Origin: Candidatus Ornithospirochaeta avicola
GTDB taxonomy: Bacteria; Spirochaetota; Spirochaetia; Sphaerochaetales; Sphaerochaetaceae
DNA: 64,000 nt
Direction: 5' to 3'
NCBI GenBank assembly: GCA_019113245.1
Contig: DXHU01000013.1
Coordinates: forward strand, 6,965-70,964
Part shown: positions 21,866-31,602 of the stretch, in pieces
Numbering within the stretch: position 1 is the stretch's first letter
Layout: each line of letters opens with the position of its first letter
Position numbers and translations under genes: made by a program
The notes under the pieces: model-generated
What the model was told of the DNA's origin: nothing
Database searches by the model: none
The model's input: the letters and a program-made list of their open reading frames with translations, nothing else

Positions 21866-23665
21866 ATGAATAGGAATACAGTACTGGCAATAGTACTTGC
21901 CACAATCGTAATCATCGCAGGCACATTCATCCAGGCAACATTCTTTTCATCTCCGGTTGAAAATACAGTGACAGAAACTGCAGCTGAACAGCCAGTTGTT
22001 GCTGATGTTCCATCCGGGTATGGAGTGGATTTCACTGCTTATGGAAATGATCCTGCAAACAGCACCTTCGATATCGAAAACGATGTCATGAAAATCACTT
22101 TTGATACAAAAGGTGCTACAGTTTCCAGTGTTATATTAAAGGAGCATAAGCTCAACGGAGAGCCTTCTCAGTTCATATACAAGGAAGAAGGTGATGTAAA
22201 TCCTTACATGCTCTACAGTGCAGATGACAAGTCTTCTGCTATTGATTCTGAATTCAATTACACAATAAGTGAATCTGCCAGTTCAGAAATAACACAGATC
22301 AAATTCTACCGTGACTTCATCACAGCAGACGGAAAGGAATTCACAATTGAGAAAATCTTTGCAGTTCCTGCAAATGATGAATATATGATCCAGATGGTTG
22401 TTAATGTCAAAACAGCTGATGGAAGCAGCATTCCCCTTTCTGAGAACGGCAGTATGTATTCAATCTACTTCGGACCGCAGATTGGACCGGAGTTTGAAGA
22501 GATAAATACAAGCTACGGAGATTACAGAAGAGTCAATATTCTCAGAGCTGATAAGGGCGGTGTAAGCAACGTAAAGTATTCAGACAATGTCTATGTTTAT
22601 GACAATCTTGAAGAAGAAGATGAATATCTTGACTGGATTGATCTTACAGGAAAATACTTCACTTTGATTGCAATTCCAGAGAACAAGCAGAGCATAAAGG
22701 AATATACAACAACAGTTGAGAGCAAGGAAGAAGGAATCATACAGAAAAATGATATTTACATAACAAGATCTTCCAGCTCATCTTCTTCTGTCACAGATGT
22801 ATATTCATTCTATATGGGTCCGCAGGATGCAGGCGAGCTTTCCCGTTATGACAGTGAGGATGAAAACGTATTCGGACTTACAGATCATCGCTTAAAGGAG
22901 AGCATGAGCTCCAGCTGGCTCAGCTGGCTTGAGAAGATTCTCGGATTCTGTCTGTCAGTGATCTATAAAGTAATACCTAACTACGGTATTGCAATCATAG
23001 TAATGACAATAGTAATCAAGCTCCTTATCCATCCTCTTACAAAAAGAAGCCAGGATTCAACAGCCAGAATGAGTGCGCTTGCACCAAAAATCAATGAGAT
23101 AAAGGAAAGATATCCTGATGATCCTCAGGCACAGAATACAGCAATGGCAAAGCTGTACAAGGAAGAGAACATCAAACCGATGAGCTCCTGCTGGCCAATG
23201 CTCATTCAGTTCCCGATTCTCATCGCATTTTATGGACTTCTTTCAAAGAACATAGAGCTTCGTGGCGCTATGTTCATTCCAGGATGGATTACAGACCTGT
23301 CGGCACCGGAGACAATATTCACTCTTCCTTTCCGTATACCTCTTCTTGGAAACGAGATACATCTTCTGCCGATTGTCTACACTGTCAGCATGATTTTTAG
23401 CATGAAGCTGTCTCAGAGTGCTACAAGCGGAGTAGGCCAGTCTTCAGGAATGCTCAATTTCATGACATATGGAATGCCGATTATATTCTTCTTCATCCTT
23501 TACAATGCTCCGAGCGGACTTCTTGTTTACTGGACAGTCATGAACATCATCACGATGGGAACACAGCTTTATGTAAACAAAAAGAAGGGAACAAAGTATA
23601 AAGAGGAGTTCCAGAAGCAGCAGGAAGAGAAGAGACTTGCAAGAAAAAAGAGAAACAGAAGGTAA
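21866..23665 (+). CDS. yidC: Membrane protein insertase YidC
   Basis: N-terminal TM, large periplasmic domain, C-terminal 60-kDa insertase core, basic tail. RBS AAAGGAG. Confidence 0.92.
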   Translation: MNRNTVLAIVLATIVIIAGTFIQATFFSSPVENTVTETAAEQPVVADVPSGYGVDFTAYGNDPANSTFDIENDVMKITFDTKGATVSSVILKEHKLNGEPSQFIYKEEGDVNPYMLYSADDKSSAIDSEFNYTISESASSEITQIKFYRDFITADGKEFTIEKIFAVPANDEYMIQMVVNVKTADGSSIPLSENGSMYSIYFGPQIGPEFEEINTSYGDYRRVNILRADKGGVSNVKYSDNVYVYDNLEEEDEYLDWIDLTGKYFTLIAIPENKQSIKEYTTTVESKEEGIIQKNDIYITRSSSSSSSVTDVYSFYMGPQDAGELSRYDSEDENVFGLTDHRLKESMSSSWLSWLEKILGFCLSVIYKVIPNYGIAIIVMTIVIKLLIHPLTKRSQDSTARMSALAPKINEIKERYPDDPQAQNTAMAKLYKEENIKPMSSCWPMLIQFPILIAFYGLLSKNIELRGAMFIPGWITDLSAPETIFTLPFRIPLLGNEIHLLPIVYTVSMIFSMKLSQSATSGVGQSSGMLNFMTYGMPIIFFFILYNAPSGLLVYWTVMNIITMGTQLYVNKKKGTKYKEEFQKQQEEKRLARKKRNRR

Positions 23666-23669
23666 GCTA

Positions 23670-24350
23670 ATGTATAAAGATTTTGAAGGAAGAAATGAAG
23701 AAGAAGCTCTCAGCAAAGCAAAAGAAGAGCTCAATTTGAAAGACGGTGAAGTTTATGTAGAGGTTCTTGAAGAGGTGAAGAAGACTCTTTTCAAGAAAGG
23801 ATATGTCAAAGTCAGGGTTTATTATGGCTCAGATAACGAAGAGAATGTCGAGGAAATAAATGAGTCATATGCAGAGCCGGATGAGGAGCTGGAAGCAGAG
23901 AATGACCTTGAGAGAAAGACTCTTGATTTTGTAAAGCAGATGATAGAGAAGATGGGTTATGAGGTTGATGCGAAGATCACAAGCAGAAAGGACAATAAAA
24001 TCAAGATCAGCATAGACAGCCCATCAAGCAGCATACTGATTGGAAGAAAAGGAAGAAACCTTGATGCAATCCAGCTTCTTGCTAACATCTATGCCTGCAA
24101 TATCGATGAGGATTCGAAGATAGTTATTGACTGCGAAAGCTACCGCCTTCGCCATGAGGAGCAGATTGTAAGAAATGCTCTCCGTCAGGCAGAGTATGTG
24201 AAGAGAAGCGGCAGAAGCAAGCTTTTGGAGCCTATGAACCCCTTTGAACGACGCCTTGTGCATACAGCACTCAATGAGATGGAAGGCGTTGATACAAAGA
24301 GTGAGGGCGAAGGCCTTTACAAGCAGGTACGAATAATACCGGTTAAATAA
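23670..24350 (+). CDS. jag: Jag/KhpB RNA-binding protein (Jag_N, KH, R3H)
   Basis: KH 'ILIGRKGRNLDAIQ' and R3H 'PFERRLVHTAL'. Start at ATG 23670 just after the yidC stop. Confidence 0.85.
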   Translation: MYKDFEGRNEEEALSKAKEELNLKDGEVYVEVLEEVKKTLFKKGYVKVRVYYGSDNEENVEEINESYAEPDEELEAENDLERKTLDFVKQMIEKMGYEVDAKITSRKDNKIKISIDSPSSSILIGRKGRNLDAIQLLANIYACNIDEDSKIVIDCESYRLRHEEQIVRNALRQAEYVKRSGRSKLLEPMNPFERRLVHTALNEMEGVDTKSEGEGLYKQVRIIPVK

Positions 24351-25291
24351 AAAGAATAAATTTTTAATAAAATATACTCCTCTCAGGTAAGACAGAGAAA
24401 AATTAAAATTACTTGATGGGGAGTTTTTTTATGACAATAGAAATATCGCTCGAAATTGTAGAAATTGATGGATGTAGAGAGAAGATGTCACAGCAACAGT
24501 AAAGAAAAAGAGGCGTAGAGTAATACCAAGAATTGCGCTCTTTGGTAGGATAATAATAATCTGCTAAAACATGATAGGCTACTATAGAGAAAAGCATTTA
24601 CTAATAAAGAAACTATATAAAAGAGATTATATAATGAAATTTGAGGAGATGAAATAGTCCTGAGAGAAGAAGATTAGTGGAGCAGATTCTGCATATTATA
24701 GATGAGTTGTTATAGAGTAATATTTTTTTTCGCGGCATGCCAGTTATGTTAGATATACAAGCGAACATAATGCTATTTTTTATAGAATAATCTGCGATAA
24801 GCTTTATATAAGATATGGCGAATGTATTTAAAAACATATGATAATAGAAACGATAATTATAAAGACAACACTAATCAAAGTAGTTACATTTAAGGATATG
24901 TTTTAAAAGATTTTATGCTCAATTCTCTCTGCTAGATGGACTATCAGTACATAGTTATGCTCTAAGGTTTTGTCCTTTTTATTACCTATAGAGAAGGAAG
25001 TATTAACCAGAAACAAAATGAAAATTTGACTTCTTAAAATGGTCAAATGATGTGAATCTTTTTGTATGAAGTTTTATAATTTTTTCTAAATTTCCCTATG
25101 AGGAAAATAAAATAGTATTTTAAGTTGAAATATGACCCTATGGAGAAAGTGCTAGAATACTAGACAAAAGTTGCTTTATATTGACTTAAAGTGCATAATA
25201 TAAACAATAAGAAAAGATTGTCGTGTAGGGTGGGGAATTAAATTGTTGTTCTTATAATATTTATTCCTTATACGACATAAGGAGTAAAAGA

Positions 25292-26707
25292 ATGAAGCAT
25301 TTTATTATTTTCTTTGTTGTTATTTTCCTTTCAATTAGTTTTGCAGGAGCAACAGAACTTGTATGCCCCGATGGGTACGAGCTTTACGATGTTTGGTATG
25401 ACGGCGCCCTGATTATTGGAGATGAAAATTATGATACCTTCTATTATAACGGAACTAATACATACCCGATTATATCGGATTCTTGGTCTGGTGCTTCTGC
25501 TTATTATAATGAAAAAGAGGACATATATGTTCCTCTCGAAATGTATTCTGCATGGAAGAATAAAACTGATATAGATCATTCTAAAGATATTCTTGCCGTA
25601 CCATATTACGAAAGTATAAAAATAGGAGAGGACTGGTTCGGCAATCCAAACTATGGAACACAGGTAATAATCCCTGCTGGATTTACAGGTGAAATCAGCT
25701 CAGCTGAGCTTAGAGATATTTATGGTCTTGTGGTTGATGTTAAGAACCCGAAATATGCAATGATAGGAGAAGCTCTTTACGACAAGACAACAAAGACACT
25801 TATCTATTATGGTGTAAAAAAAATACCTTCAAGTGGATTTTCTATTGTCGCAAAGTATTCAACTCTAACTATTCCCGAAGGTATTCTTGAAATAGGGCCT
25901 CATGCATTTCAGAAAGAAAATTACAATGTATCCTTACCATCAACGCTTAAGAATATAGATAAAACAGCTTTCGCAGATTTCTATCCACATAAGATAACGC
26001 TGGCAGAAGGTTCAGATAACTATATGATGATTGATGGGGTGTTGTATACTTCTGATCTTAAGACGGCGATAATGTCTGACTCTGGGCAACGGCAAGAAAG
26101 GCTTGTTATGCCTGAAACGGTAACAGAGGTATATCCAAATGCATATAGAAATGTAAATACATCAATTAGATTATCTCCAGTTTTGGAGAGTGTTGGTGAT
26201 TATGCTTTCTTGGGCACAACGATTAATGCTATTCCTCAGACGCTTAAGGAAATCGGTATATCTTCTTTTTATAATGCAACCATTGAGAGCGGTATAATTG
26301 AGGTCCCTGGAACATTAGAACACGTACGGGAGCAGGCATTCATGAGAGCGTCGGCAAAGACTGCAATAATTCATGATGGTGTTAAGATTCTCAATACTCA
26401 ATCTTTTGCCGAAATAGGTCTTACAGACGTTGATTTTGGTAGTACAGTGGTAGATATTTATAAAAGTGCCTTTGAGGATAATAGGATTACAGTGCTTAAT
26501 CTTCCCGATACAGTAGAGTATATCGGTTCTTTGGCATTCGCAGATAACAGGATAGAGAAAGCCAACATTCCGTTGAGCCTAGAATCCATTGCGGGAGATG
26601 CCATATCTCTTGAAAGCAATCTCACCATTACGATGGACGAAAGTCATCCTCTTTACGAAGAGTTATCTCAAATATTAGGTCCATATCTTACACCATCTTG
26701 GCTGTAA
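25292..26707 (+). CDS. Secreted BspA-type leucine-rich repeat protein
   Basis: Signal peptide 'MKHFIIFFVVIFLSISFAGA'. Repeated 'IP..L..IG..AF....' units. RBS AAGGAG. Confidence 0.75.
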   Translation: MKHFIIFFVVIFLSISFAGATELVCPDGYELYDVWYDGALIIGDENYDTFYYNGTNTYPIISDSWSGASAYYNEKEDIYVPLEMYSAWKNKTDIDHSKDILAVPYYESIKIGEDWFGNPNYGTQVIIPAGFTGEISSAELRDIYGLVVDVKNPKYAMIGEALYDKTTKTLIYYGVKKIPSSGFSIVAKYSTLTIPEGILEIGPHAFQKENYNVSLPSTLKNIDKTAFADFYPHKITLAEGSDNYMMIDGVLYTSDLKTAIMSDSGQRQERLVMPETVTEVYPNAYRNVNTSIRLSPVLESVGDYAFLGTTINAIPQTLKEIGISSFYNATIESGIIEVPGTLEHVREQAFMRASAKTAIIHDGVKILNTQSFAEIGLTDVDFGSTVVDIYKSAFEDNRITVLNLPDTVEYIGSLAFADNRIEKANIPLSLESIAGDAISLESNLTITMDESHPLYEELSQILGPYLTPSWL

Positions 26708-26820
26708 GAGGCATAAATAATATAAACGAAAAATTCTAAACCTCTTATATAGGACAGCAAAGTCTTATATAAGGGGACTTTTTGTGTGATAAAAAAGTCT
26801 CCAGAAAAGTGGATTTCATC

Positions 26821-27017
26821 TTATTTGGCAGACACATCCATCATGCATGCCTTATATGCGGTTTCTGTCCGTAGACCCACGATTTTGCCTCCAGCTTCCT
26901 TCAGACCCTGCCTCACGACAACGCCCTTGCTCTTGGCTAACGATTTGGAACTCTTTGTTCCGAGCTGTACTAGTTGTGGATTTTCTCCACCAAATCAATG
27001 CCCTTGCGGGCAAACAT
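26821..27017 (-). pseudogene. Possible frameshifted small ORF remnant (unknown family)
   Basis: Minus-strand 'MFARKGIDLVEKIHN*' continues in another frame as 'VQLGTKSSKSLAKSKGVVVRQGLKEAGGKIVGLRTETAYKACMMDVSAK*'. Locally GC-richer than its surroundings. Confidence 0.2.
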
Positions 27018-27046
27018 AAAAAATGGCTGCATTTGAAGCAGCCATT
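27017..27046 (-). terminator. Rho-independent terminator after rubrerythrin
   Basis: AATGGCTGC (27022-27030) / GCAGCCATT (27038-27046). On the minus strand it is followed by a T-run (plus A-run 27018-27023). Confidence 0.6.
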
Positions 27047-27065
27047 GCTTTTGATAAGATTTTGA

Positions 27066-27608
27066 TCAGTAGTTCTGTCCAACAAGCTCAAAATATGCCT
27101 GAGGATGTGCACATACTGGGCAAACTCCTGGAGCCTTCTTGCCAACATGGATATGGCCGCAGTTTCTGCACTTCCAAATCATATCTCCCTCTCTAGAGAA
27201 TACAAGGCCTTCCTCAACGTTCTTCAAAAGAGCAAGGTATCTTTCCTCATGGTGCTTCTCGATTGCTGCAACGCCTTTGAAGAGAGCTGCGATTTTTGTG
27301 AATCCTTCCTCCTCAGCCTCTTTTGCAAACTGAGCATACATATCTGTCCACTCATAGTTTTCTCCGCTTGCTGCATCTTTGAGATTCTGAGTTGTTGTAG
27401 GAATATCTCCTCCCTCCTGAAGAAGCTTGAACCAGAGCTTTGCGTGCTCTTTTTCATTCTCTGCTGTTTCAAGGAAGATAGCTGCAATCTGCTCATATCC
27501 TTCCTTCTTTGCCTTAGAAGCATAGTAAGTGTACTTGTTTCTTGCCTGGCTCTCACCTGCAAATGCTGTTGCAAGGTTTTTCTCTGTCTTTGATCCTTTG
27601 AGTTCCAT
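27066..27608 (-). CDS. rbr: Rubrerythrin
   Basis: Di-iron ferritin-like 'ESQARNKY' and '[10 protein letters not shown]' motifs plus C-terminal rubredoxin 'CRNCGH...CPVCAHP'. Start at '[12 protein letters not shown]'. Confidence 0.9.
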   Translation of the reverse strand: MELKGSKTEKNLATAFAGESQARNKYTYYASKAKKEGYEQIAAIFLETAENEKEHAKLWFKLLQEGGDIPTTTQNLKDAASGENYEWTDMYAQFAKEAEEEGFTKIAALFKGVAAIEKHHEERYLALLKNVEEGLVFSREGDMIWKCRNCGHIHVGKKAPGVCPVCAHPQAYFELVGQNY

Positions 27609-27609
27609 T

Positions 27610-28020
27610 TTATTTCTCCTCTTGTGCACAATGTGCGCAAATTCCATTGAATATTATATCATAGGAAGTCACTTTCCCATACATTGACCTGGCTAAAGAA
27701 AGCAAATCTTCCCTGATATCGAGATTTACATCAAACACCTTTCCACATTCTGAGCATCTTGCATGATAATGAAAGGAAGTGTTGCAGTCATAACGGTCGC
27801 TACCGCTTCCAACCTTTCTTATCCTTTTTAGTGCGCCGCTTTCCTCTAAATCTGCAAGATTGCGGTAAACTGTTGCCTTTGAGATGCTGGGATAATTGAT
27901 GTGAACAGCAGAATACACTTCCTCTGCAGTAGGATGATCATGCATTTCTTTTATAGTCTGGAATGTAATGTCTTTCTGTAGAGTGTTTCTTTTGTTCATC
28001 TTATTAATAATTGTTATCAA
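27610..28020 (-). CDS. perR: Fur-family peroxide-responsive regulator (PerR-like)
   Basis: Winged helix '[13 protein letters not shown]' and 'CSECGKV...CAHC' Zn site. Immediately upstream of rbr. Confidence 0.8.
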   Translation of the reverse strand: MITIINKMNKRNTLQKDITFQTIKEMHDHPTAEEVYSAVHINYPSISKATVYRNLADLEESGALKRIRKVGSGSDRYDCNTSFHYHARCSECGKVFDVNLDIREDLLSLARSMYGKVTSYDIIFNGICAHCAQEEK

Positions 28021-28046
28021 TAAATTATCAGTTTTGTTTTATTTTG

Positions 28047-29057
28047 TCAACCTGAAAAGTTCTTTTCTATGTAGTTCTTGACTTCCACTGTTTTTTCTTT
28101 AGAGAACTGTGCTCCCATCTGGCTTATTATCTCTCCTGCAAGGTATGAGGCTATTTCAGCAGATGTTTTCATGTCGAAACCTTTTTCAACTCCGTATAAA
28201 AAGCCTGCCGCATACGTGTCTCCTGCCCCAGTTGTATCTACAGGGTTTGTGGTTCCATAAAGCGGGATAGAATAAATATTTCCGTTGTCTGAGACAAATG
28301 AGCCTTTCTTTCCGTTTTTCACAACAGCAACAGGAGCAAGTTTTCCCATGTTCTTGACGCATTCATATGCATCGTAGTTGTCAAACAGGTATCTTGCTTC
28401 CTCGCTGTTTGCAAACACGATGTCTATATAGTCCCTTATGAGAGAATAGAAAGTGCTTCTATTTCTTCCGACAGCAAAAGGATCTGCTATGTCAAAGGCT
28501 ATTTTCATATTTTTGTCTTTTGCTTTGTCAAGAACGCTCTTTATGGCTCCTTTCTGGCTTTCTGTATCCCACATATATCCCGTGAAATAGAAGATATCCG
28601 CACTCAGCGCACTTGCCATGTTCACATTTTCTTTTGAGAAATACCTGTTTGCTCCCAGGTATGTGCACATTGTCCTTTCTTTGTCCGGTGTTATTAGTAT
28701 GATGGATGTGCCTGTTGGCCAGTTATTCTCTACAAGCTCGTTTTTAACATCAAGCTCATCAAGTCTGTTCTTATACATTTTTCCATGTTCATCTCTTCCG
28801 ATTCCACCTGCAAGAGTTGTCTCAACAGATAGAGAACGCAGAGTTATCATGGTGTTAGGGCAGCTTCCTCCGCAGGAATATCTGATATCAAGATTCTTGA
28901 TGTGATCGATAATTTCATTTCTTTTCTCAGAATCAATCAGATTCATTGTTCCCTTGAAAAGACCAAGTGATGAAATATCTTCATCGTTAACATAACAAAG
29001 GTAATCTATCAGCGGATTTCCGATTCCGTATACAGCCATATTCTGAGTGTACTCCAT
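28047..29057 (-). CDS. PfkB-family carbohydrate/adenosine kinase
   Basis: 'GIGNPLIDY' N-terminus and 'DTTGAGDTYAAGFLYG' PfkB signature 2. Start set to Met21 (29057) or Met27 (29039). The upstream 60 nt are DnaA-box repeats. Confidence 0.75.
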   Translation of the reverse strand: MEYTQNMAVYGIGNPLIDYLCYVNDEDISSLGLFKGTMNLIDSEKRNEIIDHIKNLDIRYSCGGSCPNTMITLRSLSVETTLAGGIGRDEHGKMYKNRLDELDVKNELVENNWPTGTSIILITPDKERTMCTYLGANRYFSKENVNMASALSADIFYFTGYMWDTESQKGAIKSVLDKAKDKNMKIAFDIADPFAVGRNRSTFYSLIRDYIDIVFANSEEARYLFDNYDAYECVKNMGKLAPVAVVKNGKKGSFVSDNGNIYSIPLYGTTNPVDTTGAGDTYAAGFLYGVEKGFDMKTSAEIASYLAGEIISQMGAQFSKEKTVEVKNYIEKNFSG

Positions 29058-29096
29058 AATCGGAAAAAAAGCACTATATATGGCATTTTCACCCAC

Positions 29097-29298
29097 TTTT
29101 CCACAGGTTTTCCACATGGGTGTGAAAAACTGTCAAAAAGTGTTGTTCTTATCTGTTTTCACAGTTGAATATTACAGAATATATAATAGTGTCATTTCTT
29201 TATAATATAAGAATATATTTAGTGATACATTGTCGTGTTTTAAATGAAACTTATATAATAAACTGATATAAATTATAGTGGTGAAAAACTGTGAAAAA
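29097..29298. promoter_or_regulatory. Second DnaA-box-like cluster (outside oriC)
   Basis: TTTTCCACA at 29097-29105 and 29108-29116, TGTGAAAAA at 29121-29129 and 29290-29298, TTTTCACA at 29156-29163, GGTGAAAAA at 29280-29288. The 15-mer GTGGTGAAAAACTGT is shared with oriC (18423-18437). Confidence 0.45.
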
Positions 29299-29417
29299 AG
29301 AGAGTTTTTCAAGAGTTATTCACAAATTTAAACATCTGTATAATTTTGCAATTAATTTCATATATTTTCTTTCTTTAGGTTTTATTTAAAGAAGCAGAAG
29401 TGTGTACATATTTAGTG

Positions 29418-30146
29418 TCATTTATTCAGATATGTTTCTATGGCTCCAAGAGCAAAGATTGCGGCAGTTTCACTTCTCAGAATATTGGTGTTGAGCAAAA
29501 CCGGATAAAATCCGTTTTCCTCAGCAAGAAGGCATTCAGAGTCTGAAAAACCTCCTTCCGGTCCTATGAAAAGAGAAATATGGCTGTCATCTTTAGAAAG
29601 AAGAGAAAAAAGGTTGCAGCTTTTTGCTCTTATTCCCTGATGAAGGATTATTTTCTTTCCCTCAGCGCTCTTTGCGGCATCTGTAAAAGATGAGAAAGAG
29701 AGGATAGCACTTTTTGCTCCTGACTGCTGTACAGCTTCCTTCTTTATCAGAAAAAGCCTTTCTTTTTCATGTTCTGTCATCTTCTTGTTCTCACAGAAGT
29801 CTGTTGTTAGAAAAGTGATGCTTTTGACGCCTGCCTCCTGTGCCATTCTTACTACGATTTCATTCTTCTTGCCTTTAAGGCTTCCTATGAAGAGATCTAT
29901 ATCAACAAAGCAGCCTTTGTATGATGAGAGGCTGTCAAGAAGGCATGACATATCATCACTTCTTGTGAGAGTCAAAGTAGAGGAGGAAGAGAAAGAGGCA
30001 TCATAGTAGTTCTCTTTTTCGTCCTTTGCCTTGAAGACTGTGTCCGTGGATAGACGGAGGACAGAAAAGAGATAGTTCTTTTCTTTTTCGCTCAGTGCGT
30101 ATACTTTTCCGTCAATCTTGTTCTCGTTTAAAAGAAATATTCTCAT
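29418..30146 (-). CDS. rsmE: 16S rRNA (uracil1498-N3)-methyltransferase
   Basis: 'IGPEGGFSDSE' SPOUT motif, 242 aa. ATG overlaps the ctp stop. Confidence 0.85.
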   Translation of the reverse strand: MRIFLLNENKIDGKVYALSEKEKNYLFSVLRLSTDTVFKAKDEKENYYDASFSSSSTLTLTRSDDMSCLLDSLSSYKGCFVDIDLFIGSLKGKKNEIVVRMAQEAGVKSITFLTTDFCENKKMTEHEKERLFLIKKEAVQQSGAKSAILSFSSFTDAAKSAEGKKIILHQGIRAKSCNLFSLLSKDDSHISLFIGPEGGFSDSECLLAEENGFYPVLLNTNILRSETAAIFALGAIETYLNK

Positions 30147-31549
30147 ATATCCTTTCCAAGCAAGCGCAGTGCCGCCTTCAGCACATCATCATACTCATAT
30201 GAGACAACAGGTCTTTCGTGAGCAGGCATCCTGTAGAAATACTCACTTTGGATCAGCTGAGCAAGGAAAGTCTTGTCTATCTCTTCAGAATAGCCTGATA
30301 CAAAAAGCTCCACATTCTCTATGCTGTATGAAGGATGTTCTTTTATGAACTCATCGATTTCCCCGTTGTTTATGATATCCACATATATTTTTGTCTCTTC
30401 TTCGCTGAGAGTTTTCTCTGGAATCTCTATATCGGGACGGATTCCGGTTTTGTTGATGCTTACATCATTTGGAGTATAATAGTCAGCGCTCGTGAAGCGG
30501 ACGAATCCTCCGCTGTAAGGAATAACAGTCTGCATTATTCCCTTGCCGAATGTATTGCTTCCTATTACTGTTGCCCTCCCGTTGTCTGCAAGGGATGCAG
30601 TCATTATCTCGCTGGCGCTTGCTGTTCCTCCGTTCACAAGAAGAACAACAGGAGTGGATGAAGAAACAAGAGTCTCCTTGTTGGCTGTGTATCTTATATC
30701 AGGATTTCCGGAGCTGTCTTTATAGCGGAGACTCACCATCGTTCCTTCTGAGAGGAAGAAATCAGATATTTCAAGAGCTGCATCCACAATCCCGCCGCTG
30801 TTGTTTCTCAAATCTATTATGAGGGCTGTTATTCCTGCTTTCTCAAGGTTTTTCAGATGTTCCTTCACGCTCTCAGCTGTCATTTCATTGAATGTCGAAA
30901 TAGCAAGGTATCCCACATCATCAAGAAGAACAGTGCTTGCAGAGTTTGGAGTGACAACATCCTCAGGCACTACTGTAAGCTCGAACTCGATGCCGTTGCG
31001 ATAGACGCCGAGAACCATCTCTTCTCCTTTTTTGCCCCTCAGCATCTTTGCAGCCTCATCTGCATCCATGGCTGTAATATCTTCTCCGTTTATTGAGAAT
31101 ATCATATCGCCGCTCATCAGGCCTGCCCTGTCAGCAGGACCGCCAGGGAAGGGGGACACAATCTTGAGCATGTATGTCTCTGGATTCCCTGCATCTATGA
31201 AAGCGGGATTCATCTTGGACACATATGTTCCGATTCCCGAGTATTCTCCGTTTAAATCCTGCTCAAAATCATCAGCCTCATCACTTTTGACAAAATATGA
31301 GTACTCATCGCCAAGGCTGTTCACGAGAGCAGAAATCAGGGCATCGCTGACTTCATCATTATCTATTTCATATAGAAAATTCTTGTCAAGAAACGAATAC
31401 AGGTTGCTGACAGAATAGAGAATCTCGCTTATATTCTTCTCTTCTTTTGTTGAATATGTACTCTGATAGGAGGCTGATTCTTTCTCTCCATATGCAAAGA
31501 GCGATGAAAAGAGAGAGAATATGAGCATCATGCAGGATATTTTCTTCAT
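30143..31549 (-). CDS. ctp: Carboxy-terminal processing protease (S41) with PDZ domain
   Basis: Signal peptide, PDZ 'GGPADRAGLMSGDMIFSING', catalytic 'VNGGTASASEIM'. Confidence 0.88.
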   Translation of the reverse strand: MKKISCMMLIFSLFSSLFAYGEKESASYQSTYSTKEEKNISEILYSVSNLYSFLDKNFLYEIDNDEVSDALISALVNSLGDEYSYFVKSDEADDFEQDLNGEYSGIGTYVSKMNPAFIDAGNPETYMLKIVSPFPGGPADRAGLMSGDMIFSINGEDITAMDADEAAKMLRGKKGEEMVLGVYRNGIEFELTVVPEDVVTPNSASTVLLDDVGYLAISTFNEMTAESVKEHLKNLEKAGITALIIDLRNNSGGIVDAALEISDFFLSEGTMVSLRYKDSSGNPDIRYTANKETLVSSSTPVVLLVNGGTASASEIMTASLADNGRATVIGSNTFGKGIMQTVIPYSGGFVRFTSADYYTPNDVSINKTGIRPDIEIPEKTLSEEETKIYVDIINNGEIDEFIKEHPSYSIENVELFVSGYSEEIDKTFLAQLIQSEYFYRMPAHERPVVSYEYDDVLKAALRLLGKDI

Positions 31550-31602
31550 GCTCTGATGATAATCCTTTTTCTCCGCTCTTTCATCAAGTTGAATGAAAAT
31601 GA

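Noticed and set aside
27105-27640. Alternative-frame ORFs (27105..27593 +, 27224..27640 -)
   Set aside because: They overlap rubrerythrin, whose frame carries di-iron and rubredoxin motifs.
29058-29117. N-terminal extension 'MWKTCGKVGENAIYSAFFPI' of the PfkB kinase
   Set aside because: Its first ~12 codons (29082..29117) are the reverse-strand reading of the two tandem TTTTCCACA boxes and adjacent non-coding-looking sequence. Internal Met codons precede the conserved 'GIGNPLIDY'.
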